35,407 nt of DNA. Origin: Methanocella sp. GTDB lineage: Archaea; Thermoproteota; Bathyarchaeia; Bathyarchaeales; Bathycorpusculaceae. The notes beneath the pieces are model-generated. The model was not told the origin of the DNA. It was given only the letters and a program-made list of their open reading frames with translations, and ran no database searches. Made by a program: the position numbers and the translations under genes. Shown here in pieces: positions 10,152-20,196 of the stretch. How positions within the stretch are numbered: the stretch's first letter is position 1; each line of letters starts with the position of its first letter. The stretch covers positions 1 to 35,407 of the forward strand of contig JBLNCY010000034.1 in the NCBI GenBank assembly GCA_050261115.1, written 5' to 3'.

Positions 10152-11057
10152 CTGAACTGGTTAAAAGACAAAACCAAACAGATTACCGTAATACGGACCA
10201 TTACTCAACTGCTGTTTCTGCTCCTAATATTCTACGCCTCAATCGTCGCAGTCTGGAAAGGTCTACTGCTAATCATAGTTTTAGGCGCAACATTGCTTTT
10301 GGGGCGGCTATTCTGCGGCTGGGCTTGCCCCCTAGGCCTCTACCTAGACACATTAACCCTCATACGAAGACAGCTAAAGTTCCCGCATACGCCGCTTCCC
10401 CGTAAACTCAACGAAGCCCTGCAGAAGGCGCGATACATTATTGCGCTATTGATAGTGCTTATAGTGTTGGGCAGCTTCTACGCTACACCCGCCACCTTTG
10501 ACAGCTATGTTTGGCTGCGTCCACCGTTTACGCCACTGGCTTTTATGCTAGAACCGCTCCAACCCATTGTGCTGCCATGGCATCCACCCTTTGGGGCGCT
10601 AGCCGGTTTAGGCGGGGTCTACTTGACTTTTCCCTATGCAGGTGAAGTGCTGCTCTATCTCCATAACACGCCGCTGGCTTTTCCCTTCGCATACCTACTT
10701 GTCTTGGGCATCCTTGCAGCATCGTTTAAAGTTCGACGGTTTTGGTGCCGCTTCTGCCCCACCGGCATATCCATCGGCGCACTAAACAGATTCAAGGTCT
10801 TCAGTTGGATGCCACTTTTGAGGTTAAGCAAGGAAGGCGAAAAATGCACAAAATGCGGCATCTGCCAGCGGGTCTGCCCTGTCCAAGTCACAGAGGTTTA
10901 CGAGAGGAAAACCGGAGACATACAGACAACCATGTGCACGCTCTGTCTCCGATGCGTAGAGATGTGCCCAGAGAGGAGTTGCCTTAGCCTAAAGGCTGGG
11001 GGCCAAACAGTTATCCGGTCGCGCAATTGGTTAAGCAGAGATAAACCAGTCTCATAG
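10152..11057 (+). CDS. Membrane 4Fe-4S binding protein, NapH/MauN family
   Basis: GRLFCGWACP, RFWCRFCP and two CxxCxxCxxxCP motifs. The frame is open from 10128 with two extra TM segments upstream of 10293; proposed CTG start at 10152. Confidence 0.85.
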   Translation: MNWLKDKTKQITVIRTITQLLFLLLIFYASIVAVWKGLLLIIVLGATLLLGRLFCGWACPLGLYLDTLTLIRRQLKFPHTPLPRKLNEALQKARYIIALLIVLIVLGSFYATPATFDSYVWLRPPFTPLAFMLEPLQPIVLPWHPPFGALAGLGGVYLTFPYAGEVLLYLHNTPLAFPFAYLLVLGILAASFKVRRFWCRFCPTGISIGALNRFKVFSWMPLLRLSKEGEKCTKCGICQRVCPVQVTEVYERKTGDIQTTMCTLCLRCVEMCPERSCLSLKAGGQTVIRSRNWLSRDKPVS

Positions 11058-11160
11058 GTTTGTTTTATCAAAAGGATTCAGCCATGACTTAAAAAACCCA
11101 TAAATAATATGGTTGACGTTGACTTCTGAAAAAATCCACAGGTAGAATGTTATTAAAGTC

Positions 11161-12246
11161 TTTGAACCCAAAAACGCCGAGCACAACGGAAAGCTCAACG
11201 TTCCAGTTGACCTAATTCGGTCCACAGCCATATTTCTGGTCATATTTCTACATGTAACAAACACATTCTATAACCAGATAACCCCAGGCACCATAACTGA
11301 CATCCAATGGTGGACTTTTGTCGGCTACAAATCGCTTGCCCTCTCCTGTGTACCCTTATTTGTAATACTCACTGGCTCATTACTGCTCCAACCCGCTAAA
11401 CTTGACGAACCAATCAAAGAATTCCTAAAGAAACGCTCCAAACGAATCGGCCTTGCGTTTGTGTTCTGGACTCTCATCTACCTGCTTTGGAGCTTTCAAA
11501 TAACCAACACACCCCTCACCATATACACCGTATCAATGGGTTTAACGACGAGTTTCTTTACTGGCGCCTACTATCACTTCTGGTATCTCTACCTGATCGC
11601 TGGACTCTACCTCATAACACCGCTACTCCGAGCAGGTGTCGTCTTCAAAGACCCCAAACTCGTCACCTACCTCATTGGAGTCTGGTTAATCAGCATCACC
11701 ATAATCCCTCTCCTACCGCTCCTGACAGGATTCAACGTACCCGGCGAGCTCTTCTTAGTAGGCGGATACATAGGCTACTTCCTCTCAGGGGCCTATCTGC
11801 AGAAAAAACGCTTAAAACGCAGATTCATCTACAGCTTCCTCATAGTTGGATTCATCTTTACCTTAGCTAGCACATGGGTCATGACTTACCGCATTGAACC
11901 CGTATCCAACGACTACGTATTCTTCGACTATCTAGCACTAAACGTGGTCGTTATGTCGATTGGCGCCTACGCGTTTCTATCAAGATTCCCCAGGGACTGG
12001 CCGGGCAAAAATCACCCCACAATCCAAAAGATAATACATACAGTTAGCGAGCACACGCTACCAATCTATCTGCTCCACGTCATCGTTCTAGAGACCCTTT
12101 CAAGGGGACTCTTGGGGTTCACAATGAACCTAACCATTATGCCACTCGTACAGGTACCGCTCGCATCCATCGCAATTCTCTTTATCACCTTAGGCATAAT
12201 CCTACTGCTAAAGAAAATCCCCGGCATAAAAACCCTAATCGGATAA
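11161..12246 (+). CDS. Acyltransferase family 3 membrane protein; canonical start absent
   Basis: In-frame upstream extension contains PVDLIRSTAIFLVIFLH and CVPLFVILTG; also HFWYLY and IYLLH. The start position is an estimate. Confidence 0.82.
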   Translation, partial: FEPKNAEHNGKLNVPVDLIRSTAIFLVIFLHVTNTFYNQITPGTITDIQWWTFVGYKSLALSCVPLFVILTGSLLLQPAKLDEPIKEFLKKRSKRIGLAFVFWTLIYLLWSFQITNTPLTIYTVSMGLTTSFFTGAYYHFWYLYLIAGLYLITPLLRAGVVFKDPKLVTYLIGVWLISITIIPLLPLLTGFNVPGELFLVGGYIGYFLSGAYLQKKRLKRRFIYSFLIVGFIFTLASTWVMTYRIEPVSNDYVFFDYLALNVVVMSIGAYAFLSRFPRDWPGKNHPTIQKIIHTVSEHTLPIYLLHVIVLETLSRGLLGFTMNLTIMPLVQVPLASIAILFITLGIILLLKKIPGIKTLIG

Positions 12247-12250
12247 AAAA

Positions 12251-12916
12251 CTAAGAAGTGATTTGCTGGTAGATTGTTTCAGCAATGACGCTGGCGCCCT
12301 CATAGTTAGGGTGCACACCATCAACAAAATACTCCGGGTGACCCAGCATAGGACTGTAAACATCGATTACTGGCAAGCCGAGGTCGCTAGCCACCTGCTG
12401 GATTTTTGGAATAATCACATCAGAGAGGGCACTATTGCTAATGTTGATGTTATTCTCATATACGGGGGGAGGCAACGCCAAATAGATTTGGGGGTTGCTT
12501 TCAAGGGATTGATACTTGGATATGAGCACCTTGTAATCCTCCACAAACGAGTCTATATACCCAAACACGTCGCCGCGGGCATCATTGGTCCCCAACAAGA
12601 TAACAACCGTGGTTGGCTGAAACGCCACCGCTAAATCGGATTGGGTCCTATACAGGTAGGGATCAATCGGGGATAGGGTTACCGTTGTGCCGCTTGCGCC
12701 AAAATTGCCCACGACAGAGTTGTTGCCGAGGAGGTTTTGAAGGTCACGGACATAGGTGGATATCTCGGTTAAGCTATCCCCGACGCAGGCTACACGGGAC
12801 AAATCAGGAGGGGAAGCAACGGAATTGGCGATGTTTTGATAGACAAGAAAAGAGGCAACCGAGATGATGAGGACTAAACCGATGGCCACTATGACCTTGG
12901 CGCGTACATTTACCAT
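12251..12916 (-). CDS. SGNH/GDSL hydrolase with N-terminal membrane anchor
   Basis: VGDSLT, LGTND and DGVHPN motifs. Confidence 0.92.
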   Translation of the reverse strand: MVNVRAKVIVAIGLVLIISVASFLVYQNIANSVASPPDLSRVACVGDSLTEISTYVRDLQNLLGNNSVVGNFGASGTTVTLSPIDPYLYRTQSDLAVAFQPTTVVILLGTNDARGDVFGYIDSFVEDYKVLISKYQSLESNPQIYLALPPPVYENNINISNSALSDVIIPKIQQVASDLGLPVIDVYSPMLGHPEYFVDGVHPNYEGASVIAETIYQQITS

Positions 12917-13007
12917 AGCAGCTTTTTACCTCAATAAACTGATGGTTAGTTTACTCAAAAAGGTTTTGAAGAAAAGAATGCGTCTACTTAAGGAAATACT
13001 GTAGGCG

Positions 13008-15431
13008 TTAGTTTGTGTGTTTGAGCATTTTCTCAAGGTATGGCTTGAGCGCTTTGTTTTCCGCTTGAATCTTTTCTTTGCCTAAAGCTATGCGTTGGCT
13101 ATCGATTTCCTTCATAACCTCGGCATAACGGATGCCCTCCGCTGCAGAGACGTACTCAACTCTGAACCGCTCTGGACTCAACCCCAACTTTGTGAGCATC
13201 GCCTTTAACGCGTCGGTCCGTGCTTTCATCTTGTAGTTACCGTTTATGTAATGGCAGTCATAAGGCAAATGGCAAGCGCCCACCACAACTGCGCCCGCAC
13301 CTAAACGGAACGCTTCGAGGATGAATTCGCGGTTAACTCTGCCGCTGCACATAACCCGAACGGCACGTACGGTCGGGGGGTATTCGCATCGACTGGTTCC
13401 AGCCAGGTCGGCTCCGGCGTAGCTGCACCAGTTGCACAGGAACGCCATGATTTTCTCTTCGGGGTTATCTTGTAGCGCGGCGCGGATTTGTGCCATGATT
13501 TGCGCATCTGTGAAGTGCATCTGAGTAATCGCGTGTGAGGGGCATTCTGCTACGCACGTTCCACAGCCATGACAGCTTGCGGTGATGACGCTAGCGGGTT
13601 TGCCTTGCTCCTGCTTAATGGCGCCATAAGGACACTTGTCAACGCATACACCGCATTTTTTACATGTAGCTTCGTCCACTACGCTGATGATGGGCTCGAT
13701 TTTCCATGTGGGTTTACTGAGAACCGTTGCTGCGCGTGAGGCGGCTCCGCTTCCCTGTGAGACACTATAGGGGATGTCTTTTAGGCCCGAGCAGGCGCCA
13801 GCGTAGAATATGCCGTCTGTGGGTGCGTCGATGGGTTTGAGCTTTGGGTGGGATTCCATGAAGAAGCCATCGGCGTCTCGGCTAATGTTTAGTATACGGG
13901 CTATTTCGTCGGCGCCTTTCTTGGGGGTTGCAGCTGTGGCAAGGACCACCATGTCTGCTTCCACTTCGATAGGTTGCCCCAGAAGTGAGTCTTCGCTGTG
14001 CACGGTCAAGTTATGGGTGATGGGGTCTTCGTCGATGCGGCTGACTCGTCCACGGATAAAGATGGCGCCCTGCTGGCGTGCCCGTTCATAGAATTCCTCG
14101 TAACCCTTGCCGGGGCTGCGAATATCCATATAGAAGACGTAGACTTCGATGTTGTCATTGTATTTCTCTTTAAGTTGCACTGCATGCTTGAGCGTGTACA
14201 TACAGCAGAAGTTACTGCAGTAGGGGTAATGCTCTTTGTCGCGGCTGCCAACACATTGGATGAATGCGATGCGGCGGGGTTTTTGTCCGTCGCTTTGGCG
14301 GATAACTTTGCCGCCTGTTGGACCCGCAGCCAGTATGAGGCGCTCAAACTCCATGCTAGTTACCACGTTAGGATACTTCCCGTAACCAAGCAGGGGCATA
14401 TCGTGAGGTTCATAGATGTCAAAGCCTGTGGCAACGATGATGGCGCCCACGTCGATTTCGATTTCCTCGGGCTTCTGCTCAAAATCAATGGCGTCTCGGT
14501 CGCCGCATACGTCGATGCATTTGAAGCATTCGATGCAGTAGTCCTTGTTGATGCTGTAAACTAAGGGGACAGCTTGGTCAAAGGGCACCGATATTGCCTT
14601 TCGAGTGCCAAGATTATTATCCCACTCATTAGGGTACTCAATCGGGCAGGCGTCTTTACATTCACCACAACCAGTGCATCTATCGGCGATGACGTAGCGG
14701 GGGTTCTTGCGGATTTTAACCCTAAAGTTACCTACATACCCGTCGCATCGAACTAATTCGCTGTTAGAAATTATTGTGATGTTAGGGTGGCGAGCGCAAT
14801 CCACCATCTTGGGGCCTTCGATGCATATGCTGCAGTCAAGCGTCGGGAAGGTTTTGTCAAGCGCCGCCATGTGTCCACCGATACTTTCGCTTTTCTCCAG
14901 CAAATAGACCTTGTAGCCCTGCTCAGCGAGGTCTAAGGCTGCGTTTATGCCTGCGATGCCTCCGCCGACGACAAGAGCTTTGTTAGTAACTGGCACTTCG
15001 ATGGTCTGCAGCGGCTGCAGCAATCGGACTTTTGCGACCGCCATGCGGACGGCATCTTTAGCGCGTTCCGTTGCCGCTTCGGGGGTGCTTTGGTGACACC
15101 ATGAGGAGAATTCTCTGATGTTAGCCATTTCGTAGAGGAAGCTGTTTAATCCGGCTTCGGCGACGGCTCGGCGGAAGGTGGCTTCATGCATGCGGGGTGA
15201 GCAGGCGGCGACTACTATGCGGTTTAGGTTTTCCTGTTTGATGGCTTTTCGGATTTCCTCTTGCCCAGGGTCAGCGCAGGTGTAGCGGTTCTCTTTAACG
15301 TAGACAACGTCAGGCAAGGTTTTAGCGTACTCAGAGACTGCATGGACATCTACGGTGCCAGCTATGTTTAGGCCGCAGTGGCAGACAAAGACTCCGACGC
15401 GGAGTTCTTCAGGTTTAGTTTGCTGCTGCAT
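13008..15431 (-). CDS. hdrA: Heterodisulfide reductase subunit A family protein fused to C-terminal MvhD domain
   Basis: GVFVCHCG, GGGIAG, LDKTFPTLDC, IQCVGSR...CSNFCC and ferredoxin motifs, then MvhD-type FLCNWCSYAGADLAG...VMCSGRV...ACHLPYDCHY. Confidence 0.93.
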   Translation of the reverse strand: MQQQTKPEELRVGVFVCHCGLNIAGTVDVHAVSEYAKTLPDVVYVKENRYTCADPGQEEIRKAIKQENLNRIVVAACSPRMHEATFRRAVAEAGLNSFLYEMANIREFSSWCHQSTPEAATERAKDAVRMAVAKVRLLQPLQTIEVPVTNKALVVGGGIAGINAALDLAEQGYKVYLLEKSESIGGHMAALDKTFPTLDCSICIEGPKMVDCARHPNITIISNSELVRCDGYVGNFRVKIRKNPRYVIADRCTGCGECKDACPIEYPNEWDNNLGTRKAISVPFDQAVPLVYSINKDYCIECFKCIDVCGDRDAIDFEQKPEEIEIDVGAIIVATGFDIYEPHDMPLLGYGKYPNVVTSMEFERLILAAGPTGGKVIRQSDGQKPRRIAFIQCVGSRDKEHYPYCSNFCCMYTLKHAVQLKEKYNDNIEVYVFYMDIRSPGKGYEEFYERARQQGAIFIRGRVSRIDEDPITHNLTVHSEDSLLGQPIEVEADMVVLATAATPKKGADEIARILNISRDADGFFMESHPKLKPIDAPTDGIFYAGACSGLKDIPYSVSQGSGAASRAATVLSKPTWKIEPIISVVDEATCKKCGVCVDKCPYGAIKQEQGKPASVITASCHGCGTCVAECPSHAITQMHFTDAQIMAQIRAALQDNPEEKIMAFLCNWCSYAGADLAGTSRCEYPPTVRAVRVMCSGRVNREFILEAFRLGAGAVVVGACHLPYDCHYINGNYKMKARTDALKAMLTKLGLSPERFRVEYVSAAEGIRYAEVMKEIDSQRIALGKEKIQAENKALKPYLEKMLKHTN

Positions 15432-16365
15432 TTTTCTTTTTCAGCTCCTCAACTATGAAGCGTTTATCAATTATCTGACGGCGAATCTTGGTTGCCTGTA
15501 CCGTGTACTCTTTTGCGGCGCATTCGGGGCTAGTTATCCGCGCCAGCGCCTTGTTCCATGCACCCGAACGAACCGGGGTATGGAGCACTTTTGTACGGTT
15601 AACTGTTAATGCGTCCTCAACTGGGCAAACATTCTTGCATGCGCCACAATAAGTGCAGGTTTGCTCGTTAACAGCCACTTTGCCTGCGCCATCCAACTCT
15701 AAGGTACCGGTGATGGGGCATACGTCAAGACAGTCACGGCACCCTTCAGGGCATTTCTGGGTGTCGATGGAGATTTTGCCTTCGAATGTTTTCTTCACCG
15801 CTATAGCTCCGGGTTTGCATCGGTATTCGCAGGCGCGGCAGGTAGGGCAGTACTGTTTTTTGATGTCTACGGTGACTTGAACACGCCGCTTCCCCGTCGG
15901 CGACAGCTTGGATACATCAGTGACGGGTTTACCATCATAACCCACCTTCAAGACGGTTATTAGATTAAGCGGACAAGCTGTCTCGCATTCGGTGCACTCT
16001 TTATCGCATTTCTGCGTGTTTACCGTTATGTCGCGGACGAGTTGGGGATAACTCTCCTTCTCTAGGACGGCAAGGTTGCGCTCACCGTTTAAGGTGACCT
16101 GTATTGCACCGTAGGGGCAGGTTATGTCGCAGAAGCCACAGAAGTTGCATTTCGCCTGGTCTAAGTCGACGACGGCTTTTTTTGTTTCTTCTTGGGTTTT
16201 GGGTTGCTTGTGGGTGGTTATGGCTGCTTTGGGACAGGCTAAGGTGCAGATTTGGCAGCCGACACAGCGATTTCTGTCGAGTGCCAGCTTGTAGTGTTTG
16301 GTCTGCAAAATCCATTCCAGCACCAAGGCGTCTGCCGAGCTCTGCTTTAGGGTCTTAAACGGCAA
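15415..16365 (-). CDS. Polyferredoxin (six 4Fe-4S motifs; FwdF-like)
   Basis: Six CxxCxxCxxxC-type motifs; stop overlaps the hdrA start. Confidence 0.9.
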   Translation of the reverse strand: MPFKTLKQSSADALVLEWILQTKHYKLALDRNRCVGCQICTLACPKAAITTHKQPKTQEETKKAVVDLDQAKCNFCGFCDITCPYGAIQVTLNGERNLAVLEKESYPQLVRDITVNTQKCDKECTECETACPLNLITVLKVGYDGKPVTDVSKLSPTGKRRVQVTVDIKKQYCPTCRACEYRCKPGAIAVKKTFEGKISIDTQKCPEGCRDCLDVCPITGTLELDGAGKVAVNEQTCTYCGACKNVCPVEDALTVNRTKVLHTPVRSGAWNKALARITSPECAAKEYTVQATKIRRQIIDKRFIVEELKKKNAAAN

Positions 16366-16712
16366 TTGTCAAGTCACCAAGATAGAAACCTATACTCATT
16401 TGAAGTCTGAATCTAGACTTGGATTGCGGCGACTTTGTAGATAAATATTGCTTGCTAAAAAGCAAAAACTACTGGTAGAATCACGTTCTTCACGAGATAC
16501 ATTGGAAGTGGGCTCTACAGGCCTTGCGGTGGCATGCCATACTGCTACAGCCGTATTTCAGCCAGAAGCAATCGTGCAGCAACAAGTAAACTTTCCAGCC
16601 AGGGCGCTACCGCAAAAGGCACCAAGCTTTAAAATTCCCTAACGAACACACAAGAAGCGAATTCAAAAAAATAATTTGACAAAAAACAATAAAGAAAAGA
16701 AGTAGAGGGAGC

Positions 16713-17675
16713 TTACTCGCATATCTTTTGCAGTTTAGCCCAGCGTTCATCGGTGGCTTTTTGGATTTCGTCGATTATGTGCTGGTTCTGTGGTGCGAAG
16801 AGGTGGCGGAATCGGCCTTGTCCTTGGAGGTACTCTTTGACTGGTTTTTTCTTTTGTGGTGCGAGCGCGATGACTTTGCTGGGGATAGAGAGTGAGCGTT
16901 TGCCGTTAACTGCCTCCCAGATTGGGAACACACAGCTCTCTACTGATAGTTTGGAGTACTCCATGGTTTTTGCGGGTTCGCTTCTCCAGCCTCTTGGGCA
17001 GGGTGCAAAGACGTGTAGGAAAGCGGGGCCTTCCACTTCGAGTCCTTTACGGACTTTGGTTAGGAGGTCTTTCCAATAGTAAGGTGTGGCGGTGGCGACG
17101 TATTCCATTTCGTGGGCCAACATTATTTCGGCAATAGGCTTCTTCTTCTCTAGTTTACCGGGGATAACGGAGCCGGCGGGGCTTGTGGTTGTTGATGCAC
17201 CGACTGGGGTGCTGCTGCTACGCTGGATACCTGTGTTCATGTATCCCTCGTTGTCATAGAGAACAAAGAGGAAGTCATGGCCGCGTTCAACTGCACCCGA
17301 AAGCGCCTGCAAGCCAATGTCGTAGGTTCCGCCGTCACCTGCAATAGCGATGACATCCACATGCTCATCCTTTCGCTTGCCCTTTTGACGCATGATCTTT
17401 AGTGCAGCATCGATCCCTGCAGCGTTAGCAGCTGCGTTCTCAAAGGCGGTGTGAAGCCAGGGTAGACCCCAAGAGGTATAGGGGTATATGGAGCCAACGA
17501 TTTCCATGCATCCAGTTGCCTGTGTTACGATGGTTGGGCCGCGTGTTGCCTTCATGATGAGGCGTAGGACTGAAGCGGGGCCGCATCCTGCACAAGCTCG
17601 GTGACCGGAAGTGAAGAGGTCAGGTTTTAACGCCATATCTTTTGCGGTAAATTTCCATTCTTGAGTTGTTGCCAT
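16713..17675 (-). CDS. porB: Pyruvate/2-oxoacid:ferredoxin oxidoreductase beta subunit
   Basis: GHRACAGCG, ATGC and TPP motif GDGG...YDNEGYMNTG. Confidence 0.93.
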   Translation of the reverse strand: MATTQEWKFTAKDMALKPDLFTSGHRACAGCGPASVLRLIMKATRGPTIVTQATGCMEIVGSIYPYTSWGLPWLHTAFENAAANAAGIDAALKIMRQKGKRKDEHVDVIAIAGDGGTYDIGLQALSGAVERGHDFLFVLYDNEGYMNTGIQRSSSTPVGASTTTSPAGSVIPGKLEKKKPIAEIMLAHEMEYVATATPYYWKDLLTKVRKGLEVEGPAFLHVFAPCPRGWRSEPAKTMEYSKLSVESCVFPIWEAVNGKRSLSIPSKVIALAPQKKKPVKEYLQGQGRFRHLFAPQNQHIIDEIQKATDERWAKLQKICE

Positions 17676-17691
17676 AGTATCTTTCCTCCAT

Positions 17692-18927
17692 TTACTCCTT
17701 TAATCCTAAATAACGCACGAGTGGTTCTGCTTGTCCAGTCTTTGCCATTCTCGCCAGGTCCTCATAGATCCGTTTGAGGTCATTTGGATGGCTGTCTCTG
17801 CCGCCTAAACCAAAGATGTAGCTCACGACCAGGGGACGCTGCTTTAGGTCATACAGTGCATTTCTGACTTCATTAAAGACTGGGCCGCCTAAAGCGCCAA
17901 GAGACATCGCCTTATCCATAACTGCAACGACGCGCACGTTTTTGAGCGCTTTCTGGATGTCTTCGACTGGGAAGGGTCTAAAGGCGCGTAGTCTAAGCAA
18001 GCCCACCTTAAGGCCATCTTGGCGCAGTTGATCGACAATAACTTTTAGTGTTCCTGCAGTGGAGCCGATTACAACGATGGCGATTTCTGCGTCGTCAAGA
18101 TGATAACCGTCGACAAGGCCGTTGCCGTAGCTTCGACCGGTAATCTTTGCATATTCAGCGTTGACTTCCTTGATTGCTGTTAATGCGTTTTTGAGGGCTT
18201 CTTCTTGTTGGCGTTTGAATTCAAAGTAGAAAGCTGGAGACACGTTAGGTCCCATAGTCAAGGGGTTGTCGGGATCCAGCTTAAAGGGCACCATCTTGCC
18301 CGTATGAGACAATACTAAGGGTAATTGGCGTTCTCCGGCAAACTGCTTCACAGCATCATCAGAAAGAACATTAACGTTCTCTAAGGTGTGACTAACGATG
18401 AAGCCATCCAAACCAACAATAACCGGTAAGGAGACGTTTAGTGATTCAGCGATACGGAAGGCTTGGATAACAGTGTCGTATGCTTCCTGCGCGTTTTCCA
18501 CATAAAGCTGTATCCAGCCGCTGTCACGTTCAGCCATAGAGTCAGAATGATCGCCATGAATGTTAAGCGGTGAAGAAAGCGCGCGGTTAGCGACCGCCAT
18601 CACTATTGGAACACGGGAACCTGCAGCGACAAAAAGCATTTCATGCATCAGAGCCAAGCCTGCCGAAGCGCTTGCAGTAAAGGTTCTTGCCCCAGTGGAG
18701 CTAGCTGCAATACATGCAGTCATCGCGCTGTGCTCAGATTCGGTGCAGACATATTCCGTCTTCACTTCGCCGTTAGCGACATATTCACTGAATTTTTCAA
18801 CAATAATTGTTTGGGGTGTAATGGGGTAGGCGGCAACAACGTCGACGTCGCATTGTTTAACGCCTAAAGCTATTGCCTCATCGCCGTTTAGGGCCATAAC
18901 GTGTTGTTTAGGTTGCTCGTTTGCCAT
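17692..18927 (-). CDS. porA: Pyruvate/2-oxoacid:ferredoxin oxidoreductase alpha subunit
   Basis: AAYPITPQT, ESEHSA, ANRAL and GLGGRD motifs. Confidence 0.93.
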   Translation of the reverse strand: MANEQPKQHVMALNGDEAIALGVKQCDVDVVAAYPITPQTIIVEKFSEYVANGEVKTEYVCTESEHSAMTACIAASSTGARTFTASASAGLALMHEMLFVAAGSRVPIVMAVANRALSSPLNIHGDHSDSMAERDSGWIQLYVENAQEAYDTVIQAFRIAESLNVSLPVIVGLDGFIVSHTLENVNVLSDDAVKQFAGERQLPLVLSHTGKMVPFKLDPDNPLTMGPNVSPAFYFEFKRQQEEALKNALTAIKEVNAEYAKITGRSYGNGLVDGYHLDDAEIAIVVIGSTAGTLKVIVDQLRQDGLKVGLLRLRAFRPFPVEDIQKALKNVRVVAVMDKAMSLGALGGPVFNEVRNALYDLKQRPLVVSYIFGLGGRDSHPNDLKRIYEDLARMAKTGQAEPLVRYLGLKE

Positions 18928-18929
18928 GT

Positions 18930-19220
18930 TTATTCCTCTTCCTCAGGTATCTTCATTGTGATCGCTTTTGTTGGGCACTCGTTGGCGCAGATACCACAGC
19001 CCTTACAGAAGCCTAGATCAAACTCGATTCTACCATGTTCAGGGCGGAAGCGGATAGCGTCCTCGGGGCACAGCATAACACAGGTTAAGCAGGTGGTGCA
19101 TTTCTCTAAGTCCCGGACGGGCATGTAGGTTTTCCAGTCGCCAGTTAAGAAGCCGAGACTGGATTTTGTGCATACACCAGCCATGGGCATCTCTTTCCAA
19201 GTTTGCTCTTTACGGCTCAT
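18930..19220 (-). CDS. porD: Pyruvate/2-oxoacid:ferredoxin oxidoreductase delta subunit
   Basis: TGDWK plus two 4Fe-4S motifs (CKGCGICANECP). Confidence 0.92.
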   Translation of the reverse strand: MSRKEQTWKEMPMAGVCTKSSLGFLTGDWKTYMPVRDLEKCTTCLTCVMLCPEDAIRFRPEHGRIEFDLGFCKGCGICANECPTKAITMKIPEEEE

Positions 19221-19780
19221 TCAACTTTTGCCTCCTTGTAAGCTTGCTGCACAACAGCAAAGTTTTTCTCAGCCAAGTCGCGTCGGAATTTCCCTTTGAG
19301 GGTTTTCTCAATTCCCTCAAGCGTAACGATGTTAGTTGCTTTGGCGACGACGCCTAACAGGGCGGTGTTAGTTATTGGGGAACCCAAGATTTTGAGAGCG
19401 ATTTCGGTGGCTGGAACAGTCCAGACCTTACCCTTAACCACCCTTAGGGTTTCCTTTAGCACCCGGGGGTCCTCGGTTGAGTTAATTATTATACAGTCAT
19501 CGTCACGGTTTAATCCAGCAGTTACAGGTACAGTTTTTAGTAAAGTATTATCTAAAACTACCACAACGTCTGGATCGTATATTGCGCAATGTAACCTTAT
19601 CGGCTCAGTGCTGATTCGGGTAAAGGCAGTTACAGGGGCACCCATTCGCTCGGGCCCAAACTCAGGGAACGATTGAATGAATTTGCCTTCATCAAGGGCA
19701 GTTCTGGCCAAAAGTTCGCTGGCTGTCCATGCGCCTTGACCGCCTCTACCGTGCCATCTAAACTCTACCATAGTTTTCAA
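19217..19780 (-). CDS. porG: Pyruvate/2-oxoacid:ferredoxin oxidoreductase gamma subunit
   Basis: HGRGGQG and FGPERMGAPV motifs. Confidence 0.92.
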   Translation of the reverse strand: MKTMVEFRWHGRGGQGAWTASELLARTALDEGKFIQSFPEFGPERMGAPVTAFTRISTEPIRLHCAIYDPDVVVVLDNTLLKTVPVTAGLNRDDDCIIINSTEDPRVLKETLRVVKGKVWTVPATEIALKILGSPITNTALLGVVAKATNIVTLEGIEKTLKGKFRRDLAEKNFAVVQQAYKEAKVE

Positions 19781-20196
19781 CGTGCAGTCCCTTCTCTAAG
19801 CTCAATAATTTTTTTCAGTAAATTGCTGATTCCCATAATATGAGGTAACCACGACATTTTTGATAGTATTTACTCGCAGTGGCCCGCTATTATTGGAAGC
19901 CAACATCTACTAATTAGGGATTCTAAATTAATATTACCATTAAATTAACTTTCGCCTTATTTTCTTGTAAAAATTACACATTCCTCCAGATTCCCCAAAG
20001 CAGCATTCGATCCATCCATCAAGTCAGGGGCAGTATGCGCGAGGCAATAACCAGCCTACGTCCACTTCACCCATAGCCGCTTGATTGATAATTTAGTGTT
20101 CTATGGCAAACTAACGAGCAAGCAATACATTTATTTCTCCCCATAGGTGAATAGAGGTTTACAGAGTAGGCTAATTTTAAGCGAAGGCGGAGGACA

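Noticed and set aside
11143-11145. Pyrrolysine readthrough as a firm call
   Set aside because: No pyl genes in the window, the TAG is upstream of the conserved region, and simpler explanations exist.
16448-16642. 64-aa ORF between the polyferredoxin and porB
   Set aside because: TTG start without RBS, opposite strand to its neighbours, no motif.
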